Assembly (NCBI RefSeq): GCF_022539665.2
Contig: NC_081333.1
Location: 9,238,001-9,302,000, forward strand
Length of the DNA stretch: 64,000 bases
Source: Daphnia carinata
Taxonomy: Eukaryota
Direction: 5' to 3'
This document shows, piece by piece, positions 8,236 through 20,565 of this stretch; position 1 is the stretch's first letter, and every line of letters begins with the position of its first letter. A model generated the notes under the pieces. The model saw only the letters and a list, made by a program, of their open reading frames with translations, searched no databases and had not been told where the DNA came from. Made by a program: the position numbers and the translations under genes.

Positions 8236-11200
8236 TTACGGCAGTTTTTTTACGACGCGATGTCATAAATAGTTTTAGTCCTTCATCCAAGTAAGGTTCT
8301 AACGATAAGGAAATGCATAATTGTTTTGATTTCTAAACAAACAAAATTTGTGTTACCTATGTGAACGATTATCGGTGATATGTCATCTATCTGATGGTAG
8401 CTCGTAGTTTGATTCCTGTAAAATATATGTTTTTGTGCTTAATCTTACGTGAACCAACAAGTTCGTTTTAGACTTTACGTTTTTACTCCGCGAAGATGAC
8501 CGTTGGCTACAAGGTTGAGTACATGCCGATATATTTTATCAATTGCCAATATTTCAGGAAATTTGCTAGCACCCTCCTCCAAAGCAGTGCTAACCATGTT
8601 CCTGTATTGAAGCGTAAGTTCACTGATGGTTGAAAATCCCTAAAAAAGAAAATCAAAGGAATCTGAACCTATGCAACTTAACCAAGCAATGGCTACAAAT
8701 TTCTGGGGCGCATGCTTGTTTAACCACGGATTTACGTATATTATCAGAGATTACGTTCCGAGACGTATAGCTTGTCTATAGATACTCCACGAACAAGGTA
8801 TTCTGTACGCGGCATAGTTTGTCAACTGATAACAGTATAGATGAACAGGCCCAGGGTAAGCAGAAATTTTGTAGCCACTACAGTGCAGAAGGATAAATCA
8901 AACTGAAAAGCTTTAACTTACCATGACAATCAAATTCAGAATAATAAAGTAAGATTCTAAATATGGTTGGAGTAAGGCACGCAATATCCTTTTGAGCATT
9001 TCGTTCGTTATGTTTTCTTGAAAGGAAGCCAATTCCTAAATTAAAATTATTACATATACGGATAGGTAAAGAAAACCAGGATAATATATTACCTGTTGAG
9101 TTAAGTTGCCGATCAAAACAAATTCGTTTTTAAAATACTTTGCAAAAAACGCAGATTCACTGATGATATCTAAAATTAAAAGATGAAAATAAGTTATCTC
9201 ATGAAACGCGATTTGTAACATCTGAAATTACTAGATTCTTGGGGATCGCTGGCTTCGATTAAGCTAAACACAGCAACATTGATTAGAGGACCTAGCAGTT
9301 GATTCGTATACTGCTGTAAAACTAGACGGTTTGCTGCCTCCGTCTGAACGTCTTCACCTTCCCGGAGTGTTGTCTGGCAACTAAACAATCCATCAGTGGC
9401 AGGATGAATAATTAGCTTATGGACATCAAGACAGTCTTTGACAGATTGAACTGCACTTTCATCTAAAAAAATAGAACGAAAATTATTATCATTGAACCAG
9501 TGGGCCATTTAAGTGCTAAGTTTGTAGATACATACTCTGGATTAGACACGGAGTTCCATATTTTGCCAACAGCGAATTCATCAGAATGACCAACTGAGCG
9601 AGCTGCTCAATTCCGAGCTGTTTATTCACCGTTAGCGCCGACATCACAATGGCGGAAACCGGAGTAATAGCTTCTTTTTGCTGCTTACGAATCAAAGACC
9701 AGGCCAAACAGTGAATACTATCTTTTTCGTATTCACTCAACGAAAAGCGAAACGAAGGAGTGTTCCAATTTGGTTCAGTGCGCTTACTAATATGATCTCG
9801 AACTGAAATTGGATCTGAGATGTTAATGTAGATTTGACCATAATTCTGCCCTCTGATCTTGCCAACAGCGCTGAGAAAACCCTTGTTGTAACAAGGAAGT
9901 GTGATCTCTCTAACGCAAAAATGTATTTATTATAATGTGTGCTCTAACCGAGGTACTCTCTCTTGGCTTAGGGACTCCTAGGGTCTCGTACGCATATAGC
10001 TTTTCTTCAAGCGTGCGTTCGTAGCTAATATTGACGGTACAAATCTGAACATCGGGCACATCTCCCCTAAAATAAGGTTCAAGCGCCATAGATAACAGGC
10101 CTGAACGGAAAAACAGGATACAAGATAAGGTTTATCTTTTTGTTTGCCATGTGAAACACACGACTATGGTACAGTTTATTTACCTGTCTTGGGGGGTAAA
10201 CTTTTACCGTTCCTACTTCGTGTTCCTTCCAGGAAAAATTCGATGGGGGCTTGAAAGTTTACGATATGGTATTGTATATACTGAGACACCACAGCCCAGT
10301 AAAGCTGGTCATGACCAAAAGAACGCCTGATGTAAAAAGCTCCTGACAAAAAATGAGTTAGCTTATGTGTTACAGTAAACGGTATTTTCTATACTCTACC
10401 GGCGTTTTGAAGCATCCGATTCACAAACTTCATTCCTTTAAAATCTGTTGAAACCTAACATTTATGATTAAGTCTATGGAAGTTCATGGCTTTTTTTTAC
10501 CCATTCCAGCTGCAATAATAGGAAGCGGGATATCCATAGTATAACACAAATATGAGATGAGTAAGAAATCTGCATAGCTTCGATGTGTAGGTAGAAGTAA
10601 AACAGGTCCCTGGGACATTGCCTTACTAAGCTGTAAGAAAAGAAATATAAGGATTTTGAAGTTTATTCTAAATAACCATACTAGGACCTTTAAGACACCA
10701 GCATTGTTAATTGCCACACCCTGATAGAGATTTCTCAGTAGCTTGGCAAGGAAAAATCCAATTAGTCGAACAGTACTAAACTTATAAGTATGACCCATAT
10801 CTTCCAAAATGGTTTTTATTTGCGCAACAACTTCTTCATAATTTTTGAGATTACTGTGTCCTTCGTGAAGAAACTACATAAACATAGGATATGCACAGCA
10901 AAAGATTTAGTTGAATGACTAGTACATGTGAAATGACTTTTGAAACCTGATGAATAGTGTCCTTCATCTGTGGGCTGTTAAGTATTTTTTCGATGATGAA
11001 TTTGGTTGCTTCAGGTTGTAAGCTAGGTTTTGGTCTCCATAACTTAAGGCAGAAGAATGCATCGTACTGATGCTTTTGCTTTTCCACAATATCAACATAA
11101 TTTTTTACTGTGAACCTGCTTGAAGACTCAGCCATAGTCTCATCCAATTTACCACTATTCATCTTCCTAATTCTTGAAACAATAAGAGATCAGCATCAGG

Positions 11201-11273
11201 TTCTTTTTGACACACACGAAAAGTATGGAAATTTCAGCAATATTTTAGGACGTCTTTTTTACTTGTTTGTCAT
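8236..11273 (-). CDS. GNPAT: Dihydroxyacetone phosphate acyltransferase
   Basis: Acyltransferase blocks LLPTHRSYADFLLISY, GAFYIRRSFG, IEFFLEGTRSRNGK and [28 protein letters not shown]. Start is at 11273 (micro first exon) or 11162. Confidence 0.9.
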
Positions 11274-11911
11274 GTTTAGACTAAAAACGTTTCTTTTAAA
11301 AACCTTAAGGCTATACATAACTTTCTCTTAATGCTATGTTGCCAGATATAATATTACTAGCGATTCCAAATAAGGTTATGTACCAGTCTGCCGTGTTAAT
11401 AGTAATATAAATTTTAAATACAGTAGTTTTTTTAAAGTTATGTTCAAGTAGTGCCGAATTTTTATTCCAACGCAAAAATTTCGGTACTTGTTAATGTTTT
11501 ACCGTTAACAAGTGTAAGACAGGTGGTTGGCATCACGGTGTAGTGGGCACACCAGAAGATTTCTTTTATCATTTATTATTTCGCTTTCTAACGGTAGTCG
11601 TAATAATGTGCTATAAACACAAAGAAAAGACACACGAAATTCGAAAATTTTAAGGAATTAATAGAAAGTCAGTGTATAACACGCGGAATGGAGAAAGTTT
11701 TATTATTTTCATTCCGCTGCTAAATGGTTGAGAAAAAGCAAATACTGTATTGGTTGGCCGCTTGTAGCGCTGTTGCATTAGACAGCAGATTTTACTTTAG
11801 TATCAATTGACAAATTTTTATCAAGTACGACGGATGAAGGCGATCCTCGGATTTTACTAATTATATTCCTACCCTTACAAAACACTTGTTTGTTTTACTT
11901 AAGAAAGCATC

Positions 11912-14240
11912 ATGGAAGGTAAATGTTTTTCGATTTCTAGAAGAACGGTTTTGCCCTACCAGTGGGCTGTTTGACATAGTCGTGTTATCTCCTGTTCGTT
12001 TTTTTTTTAGTAGCAGAATTGATTTCTCAGGTCTGTGTCTCCCATGGCCCGTAAAGTAAGCTCCCTACCCTGATAGTTGATTGCTACTGTGGCACATTTT
12101 GGCAAAATACCAAATTATTTGTTATATCAAACTAAACGTGGAATTTGGTAATGTTTAGACGAAGCAAAGAAAGGCTGCGGATGCGGTCCCGGTTACGCAA
12201 CGCCATTGGAAGCAATGAAAGGTTCTCCGGAGAAAATTCTTTACATACCGTGCATTCAGGGGAAAAAGGGCAAGCATGATTACGTAGCCACGATTGACGT
12301 CGATCCTAGCAGTCCAACTTACAGCCAAGTGAATGAATGTCTGAAAAACAAAAGCACACAGTTAAGATATAAAGTTTTTCTGAATTCTTTATAGGTAATC
12401 CACCGTACTTTTATGCCTTACGAGAATGACGAATTACATCACAGTGGTTGGAATTCCTGTAGCAGTTGCTACAACGATTCCTCACAATCACGTGATTATA
12501 TCGTCTTTGCCGGCCTGATTAGCGACCGGATTTATGCAATCAATGTTTCCAAAAACCCAAGAGCTCCTGAAATTCACAAGGTAAAATTATAACCAAGATT
12601 TTTCTTCTGGTATTTAATGATCTAGCTTGACTGAACATGACTGATTTTTTTGTAGATTATCGAGCCAAATGAACTGCATGATCTCGATCTTAGCGCGCCA
12701 CATACTCTTCACTGCCTTGCTGACGGAAATGTGATGGTGTCTACAATGGGAAATGCACGTCGGGAAGCCAAAGGCTCTTTTCTGTTGATCGATGCAAAGG
12801 AATGGAGAGTTAAAGGTTAATTGAAAGATTCTTGTTTATTCTTAAATGTGAACTGTACCTAAACTTGATGTTATTGAAGGCTTGTGGAGTGAGACGTCCA
12901 CGAATTTCGGTTATGACTTCTGGTATCAGCCCCGGCATAACGTTATGGTTGGTGTAAACGCGGTTTTGGTTCTATATCTAGATGTTTCTACCATTCTTCT
13001 GAATCATTATTCTAGATTTCTTCGGAGTGGGGTTCTCCTTCAGCTTTTTGTACTGGATTCTCCATGGATCACGTGGCTACAGGTATGTCAAGGACTTGGT
13101 GGGATTATATATTTTCACGTAGTTGGCTCAACGACATCTGGTTCCTAAAGGCATGTATGGTCAATCTCTACACGTATGGGACTGGAAAGAACGAAAACGA
13201 ATCCAAACCTTGGATTTGGGTAGTGAAGGTCTGATGCCACTTGAAATCCGTTTCCTCCATGAACCGACGGCCAAAACTGGATTCGTTGGTTGTGCATTGA
13301 CAGCCAATGTCTTTCGGTACCTACCAAAATTCAAATTCAATTTAACAGTTTTCTTTTCTACTTAAGTAAATATATACCAATAGTTTTCATCAAGTGGAAG
13401 ACGGAACATGGAAGGCGGATAAAGTCATCGATGTGCCATCATGGAAAGTGTCCGGCTGGGCTCTTCCATCCATGCCTGGAATAATCACTGACATATTAAT
13501 ATCATTGGACGATCGCTTTCTCTATCTGTCAAACTGGGTGCAAGGTATTACAATTTTTTGATTAACATTTACAATTATGAAATGTAATAGGTGTACCATT
13601 TTTCCAGGTGATATCCGACAGTATGATATAAGCGACCCAACTAAACCTCGACTGGTAGGCCAGACTTATGTTGGTGGAAGTGCAGTGAGTGGTGGGGGTG
13701 TAACTATCTTGGAAGACAATGTCAAAGCGGTCGGTTGGCAACATCTTTTTCTCATTAAAAAATGGCTCGGATCCAATGAGTATTGAATAATGTAATTTAA
13801 TTAATAGCCGGAACCCTTGGTTGTGAATGGGAAAAGATTCTATGGTGGGCCTCAGATGCTTCAGCTCTCACTGGATGGTAGGAGATTGTACGTTACAACG
13901 TCGCTATTCAGTCCGTGGGACCGTCAATTCTATCCGGATATGGTCGAGTAGGTTTAGCCCAACATCAGCCCAGCCCTCAATCGTAAATAATTAGTTTGTT
14001 AATTGTATTTAGAAAAGGATCCGTTTTGTTGCAGATTGACGTGGACGTCAATGTTGGCGGTCTCAAGATTAATCCGAAACTAATGGTTGATTTTGGCGCC
14101 GAGCCAGGCGGACCGGTTCTTGCTCACGAAATCCGGTATGTAAGCTGTGTCGCTCCACTTCCAATAGAGCTTTATTTTGATTGAAATTGGCTAATAACAG
14201 ATATCCCGGCGGCGATTGCAGTTCAGACATTTGGCTCTGA
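11912..14240 (+). CDS. SELENBP1: Methanethiol oxidase / selenium-binding protein 1
   Basis: [67 protein letters not shown] and the C-terminus [17 protein letters not shown]. Confidence 0.97.
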
Positions 14241-14453
14241 CATCGTCATCGACGAATCATTTCCCTCAATCAAGTTGGATGCCCTAAATTATGTAGCATC
14301 TAAAAGGGCAATCCAATAGCGGAAAAAATCATAAATACACATGGTCCTGATCGCTTTTCAGCAGCAGTTTCTTTTCAATAATGAAGTATTGAACCGTTGG
14401 CTGATGATTGACATGCTTAGATGGAAGAGAGGGGTTCAATTTGAGAACTCGCT

Positions 14454-14473
14454 GATTGGTCTTTATATAAAAG
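14454..14473 (+). promoter_or_regulatory. Inverted CCAAT box plus TATA box upstream of the vitellogenin-like gene
   Basis: GATTGG at ~14454 and TATATAAAAG at 14464-14473, about 150 bp upstream of the ATG at 14623. Confidence 0.5.
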
Positions 14474-14622
14474 TCCGATTCCCCTTCTTTGCCCAATGGA
14501 GCGTGTCTTAGACGCGCTGACCCGATCGCGTAGAATATGCTCTTCTATAGGCGTATCGATCGAGCGCGTCCAACATCCATGCGTTACGACATTCGTGTTT
14601 CAGCTCGTGCGGGAACAGGACC

Positions 14623-17600
14623 ATGCTCCATAGCCTCCGCCACGCGTTGATTTTTTTCCGTAAGTCAATTGACTGAATCTCATTTTGCATTTGATTTGTT
14701 TTTAGCTGCGTGTTCTTTTTTATTTTAGTCCGCCTACTGGCGTCACACGTTTTGTGCCAAGGTATTATCGTTGTTCCCAACTTAATTCTTTTGCGTGCGA
14801 GTTGTGTTGTTTGATCAAGTTTCATTTGAAAGGATGGGAAATTGGAAGCGAATACCTGTATGATTACAGTGGTTTGTTGGTGACTGGCTTCCAGGAAGCG
14901 GGTTATCAATCCGCAGCCGTTCAAATCATTGGGAAGTTGACAGTCCAAAGCATTGACGATGAAACACTAATGCTCAAGGTAGACTAGATGTTTTTGTACT
15001 AAATGTTTGATTGAAAAATAAGCACTAAAAATGGGATAACAACATCACGTATCTTATTCATTTCTTACCGTCCTTGTATGATACCAGCTCTCTGAGATAC
15101 GGTTCACGCGCGATGGTAATTACAGAGGCAAGTCTTCCGATCCGATTTTGTTTCCAGTTCGGCTATCTAACGGAGTTGAAGAGGCCATCGGCGATTCGCT
15201 CCACCTCCTCAGTCCTTTTGCCGTCATCCACAACAAAGGATCGGTCAGTTCTTTATAAAAACGTCAGTGCGTTGCGATAAAAAGACTATCGTTACTCAGC
15301 AAGCTAACATCCCACGATCGAGTACATCGTTTCTTTAAAGGCAACTTTTATGACGATAGACGATATATTTATGGTATTTGCCACGCTCAATTTCCTGGCT
15401 TATTGTTCCCTTTTCATGCGATACTCTAGCGCGCCTATCACAAAAAGCCCTTAACACAATATGGCTGGCGCCAGGCAATAGGCTAAGCTCTTTTTCCGCG
15501 CCGTCTAACAAGAGGACTTTGTCTAATCAATCACATTATTACTAAGAGCCAAATAATATTTTATATCAAAGATAACTAACCTGGTAGTGGAAAGCGAAGA
15601 ACCAACATGGTCCGTCAACATGAAGAAGGCAGTTGTGTCCAATTTGCAGCTGGACGTCGCCGGTGTCCGATCTGGTTTAGACGGAGGTGTCTTCGGTGAG
15701 CGCAGTGTGCCGTCACTAAACACTTGGGAGGTAATTAAGTCGCGTTAATCCGGTTTGCGAGGACATTATAACTCAATCTAATGCTAATAAAGGATGGGGT
15801 GACAGGAGATTGCTTCACGACGCTGCGAATTACTAGGCTGCCATTCTATCATGTCATCCAAAATCAAGCTTTAGATGCGCATAAAACTATAGGAGAATTA
15901 TGTCGTTCCGCCAAAGTTTACGAAATCCTAAAACTTAAAGACTTTGATCAGTGCGCAAATGATCCTGTAAAAGTTTCATCTCATCCCCGATCATCAACAT
16001 CTTCTTTTTCATCACACCGAAAGTTTCTTTCGGACGGCACCCTAAAGGTTACATTATCTTTAAGGAAAATTAACATACGAAAGCCATGAAGCACTCCCCT
16101 AGTTACAATTAATTTTTACTTATAGAGATTCACTGCATACAAATATTTGGTATGCGGTGAATCACAGGAAAAAGCTACAATTGTTCGCATGGAAGGAGTC
16201 GGTGAAATGTCCTTCTTGGGGCCCGTTGCGCTTAAAATTGAACAATCCATTAACTTGATCATACAAAAACGTGGAAAAATACGCGATCTTTTACCGTCAA
16301 TGTCGCAGCCACGAGTGATAGACGAGTTAACTTATTCTTTCGACGACGACGTCAGTGTACCAAAGTTTGTTAAATGTTTGTTGATTTACGCCCACAAATT
16401 TTTACAAATTACCCATTCTTAGTACTAAAGAAATGGACGCAGTGCTAGGGGCCCTACAAGAAGTTGCTCAAATTCTTACGGAATCTACAGTGTCAGAAGA
16501 AGACATCTCTGAAAAACTGAGTATCATCAGTCGAATCATCTTCCACCTGGACGAAAGGCAACTGCGTGAAATTTGGGAGAAAGGCTTTCAACAGGAAAAT
16601 GCAAACGTCAGGTTACCATTCATCATCATTAACGTACTCACTTGTATGCTTGACAACATAACGATTCATCCGTGAATGTTGGCCATCAGGGACTTGTTCG
16701 TCGATTGCGTTGCCGTTAGTGGAAGTCATACGGCGGCTGTTTTTGTCGTGGACCTCGTTGAGCAACGAAAGCTTGAGGGATTTCAAGCTGTCTGGACCTT
16801 GATGAGCTCTGGGCATTCCTTGCAATATCCGACCATTCCTATATTACGACGCTTTGTGGTAATATTTTTACATCAACTTTTATTATGAAATGTGTAGCTT
16901 GTAATATATGTATTCTTACCTGTAAAGGGAGTTATACTGTCCGAAGCAGCACGTAATGCTAAAATGTTGAAGCATACAGCGCTAATGGTGACAGCTGACT
17001 TGCTGTACACAACTTGCGTGTTATCATCAGTGAACTGCAATGCGGATTCTCAAATTATCACAGAGGAATTTCTGCCACTTCTGGTCCGCGAACTGGAGAC
17101 TGCCCAATCGGCAATCGATCGTGTAGCAGCAATAATAGCTTTAGGAGCGCTAGGCGTTGACGATGTTCTTCTTCTTCTCGTTCCATATCTTCGAGGGGAC
17201 AATGTGGCAATACGGATAGCAGCAATATCATCCCTTAAACATCTGATGGATTCTTCTTCAGACAAAGTGGCATCAATAACTGTAGAGGAAAGATTTTCGC
17301 TCTAAAATAAACTATTTTTTCTGAACAGGTGATTCCATTATTAAGTTCACTGGCGGATAACGTAGCAGAACCACCTGAAATCCGCATGGCTGCCATTGCA
17401 GTGCTTCTATTTCATCAGAAAACTCCTCAGAGTATTTGGAATAAAGTTGCTTCTCGGACATGGTTTGACTCCAATCATCAAGTTAAAGCATTTACATGCG
17501 ATGTCATCCGATCCTTGGCTGACCATTCAAGCATCTATGTGGGTGAAGATGAAAGCACGTGAGTTGTAAAAACATTTCAGATAATCAAACAAAAGCGATG

Positions 17601-19959
17601 CTCATATTTACCTTTCTCTTCATATCCTTTCTAAAGTTCAATCAAAGCTCGTTCAGTCATTGGTCTAGTGCGTCCTTGTTCCGATCGATTGGGCTACGAG
17701 CATTATGCGTCTATCAAAGACAACACAGCAGGGCTTTCATCACTGCTGGCATTTTGGAGATTGGGAGACTCTTCACTGCCTGTTTATTTAGAGCATCAGC
17801 TCTTCCGTAATCTTGGGTCGTTCCGCTTCGATCTTGCGAAGGTTAAACAACTTCTACAAAGACGTAGTGTAATATTAGTCGTTATTCATGAACTTTGCAT
17901 AGGTATCGATCTGGAACTATAATATGGAAAATGTTTGGAGTCAACTTACGGGATATGCTCTTCCGCGAACCAATGAGCCAGAGTCCAATGTTTTTTGGGA
18001 TCAGCTTTTTTCTACTTTCCGGGCTAGCGACGAATCCACAGTGGGACTTGTTCATCTAAGACTCCTCGGTTCAACCATGCAGACACTTTTAAATCTTGAA
18101 GATATCGATCGTGAGGACATGATTCGACAATTCTTCACGAAACATCTCAATATCCGGTTCGTCAAGTTTCAACAACTCATCGACAGCCGGACGCATGTAC
18201 CGACGGAGCTGGGATTGCCCGCACGATTCAGTTTTTCGCTAACCGCTTTAGCTTCAGCGTTTGGTCACATAAATCAAACTCCGGAAATCAATGTGACAGC
18301 CAGCCTTTCAATGAAATGGACGTCCGAATCGAGGATTCAATATCCGTTCAGTGGCCATCATGTGGCAGCTGGCGAAGAGCATCACGCTGACATTCGGGTA
18401 CCAATTTCCTTGATTTTGAATGGTTCGTTGGTGTGGATTCCGCCAGGCAGAGTGTATGACATAGCATACTATTCTGTCAAGCCATACACCCTCACCAGTC
18501 AGACTACGGATTATTCTTCCGAAAATTTAAGGCTCTACAATGTCCATCCCGCAGGGCCGCCATTCGTATCTGTCGCTCAGCTGACTCCGAATTTACGGCT
18601 GGAAACGACCAGTGAAGTGCGACAAGACGTTCCTCCATTTGCTTGGTTATCCAGCTTGATGAAAGACTTCAGCAGCCCTTCTGGCCATTTCCGCTTAGAT
18701 AGCTTTCAACAGCGGATGTACCGCCTTCGTTATCTAGGGGAAGAGAGCTCGGTCAGCTCTGTCGCTTTGTCAGCTTCGTTTGACACAAAAGCTATTCAAC
18801 AAGAAGCGACCATTGAGTATATTATTGGAGCCAACGGTACTGTTGAATGGGAAGAAGGCAGAACTAATGAAACCATTTCTACAGTAGAAATGACTGATGA
18901 TGGTATTCACGTTTTTCAAGGTGAAATCATGGCTTACTATCGCAACGGTTCCACGTCAAAGTGGGCTCTTGAGGTAGCGGCACAAGACCTGTCAAAAGAA
19001 GATGAATGGAATATATCAGCTTCAGGTTCGGTTATTGAATCATTTCGCAGTCTGTCGAATTTCCTGAAAGAAGAATATTCTCAATACCTGCGCTATAATG
19101 AAAGAATTTTCGTACCACAAGAAGAAAATAGTAATGCAAGCCAATCATACCTTCCTCGGATCCTTTTCAACGTTCCAGAAGCTGACGAACCCTGGATTCG
19201 GTATGCTTCACTGTTGATGACAAATTCATTCGGCTACACAAAAAGCATACAACCAAAGACAAATAAGTGCTACGTCCATTCTGATCGAATCCAGACTTAT
19301 GATGAAGTAGATTACAACTACACCATCAATGAATGTTACCATTTGTTGACGACTGATTGCCGACAGAAAAAGGCAAATTATGCTGTCCTGGCTAGCAGAA
19401 GTAGAAGTCATGGGATGGTAGTCCGAGTCGTGCTAGAAACAAACAGGGTCGACTTCTCGGCAACTGGAAATATATCAATCAATGGAGTGGAGGTAAATTT
19501 TACGGCAGGTCGAATGCAAATTAACGTGAGGGAAAACGTGATGGCGACAGTGACGCAGGACAATGAGAACACTCTTCATCTGTGGCTGCCGAACGAAAAG
19601 CTAAATTTAATTATTCAAGAAAACACTATCACGCTAAGTGCTTCTGAACAACTGCTTGGCCATGCTTGCGGATTATGTGGCGATGGCGATTCAGAGGTGA
19701 CTGGAGAGTTCAAAACTAGTAACCGATGTGCACTTTCATCTGGAGCTCTAATGGCGGCAAGTTTCCTAGTAAGATTCATTTTCGTAAAAACATTAATACC
19801 AACGTTATCAAAAACGTTTGATTGAAGGTAAACATGGGTCTGGAGGATTGTCCTGCATTACCAGACGAGATACTACAAGCACTGCTGATCGAGTCTTATC
19901 CCTGCTACTCTGTTGATGAACAAGTAGCCTCCATTCTTCCACTACCACTCGAATTCTAG
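14623..19959 (+). CDS. Vitellogenin-like large lipid transfer protein (Vitellogenin_N, DUF1943-like, VWD)
   Basis: Signal peptide, then GWEIGSEYLYDYSG, EEPTWSVNMKKAVVSNLQL, WEDGVTGDCFT, PPEIRMAAIAVL and PTELGLP. C-terminal VWD domain has IQTYDEVDY..CYHLLTTDC and CGLCGDGD. Confidence 0.88.
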
Positions 19960-20565
19960 TTCAAGAATTAGAAACATAACTGTTGTAAAGCTTTGTGATC
20001 GTTGGCAATATAGTAAATTAAACTATTAAACGGTTCTCTGTTCACCATCGTACGAAGGATATTTTCTGTATAATTTCTTTGATGTAAAAGAATTGCTGAT
20101 TGTTTCCTTGTAGGCTTTACTTTTTCGCTCATCTACGAGCTGATTCAAAGTTGATTCTAAATTTCAATTAAACCGTTGAGTTAGGATTCCTTGGCCTTTT
20201 AGTGTCTAACAACACTCTTTGCCTTTCTCACAATAATTCATGTTGAGTCAGGCACTTGATCCTGGTTTTGAAATATTGTTATAGAGCATAATATGACTAT
20301 TTTGTGAATACCTTTTCTTTTTACGCTTCGGGTTTCGCGAAGGCTTATTATTATGGTGTTTCCTACATGTAACAGCTTGTGGCGGCTATCACAACGTGGT
20401 TGAACCATTTCCTCACGCAACAATATGGACTCTACAGGTATGTAATGGCCATTTCTGTTATTAAGCTATCACGAATCAAATTAACTGCATGACGAACAGA
20501 AAAAAATTGCGTATACAAATTACATAGATTTTCACGTGCGACCTTCAAGGAAAGTTACGTAGCCT

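Noticed and set aside
14238..14400. Selenocysteine readthrough or SECIS in SELENBP1
   Set aside because: The TGA sits at the family's normal C-terminus (DIWL*). SELENBP1 is not a Sec-encoding selenoprotein, and no SECIS is evident.
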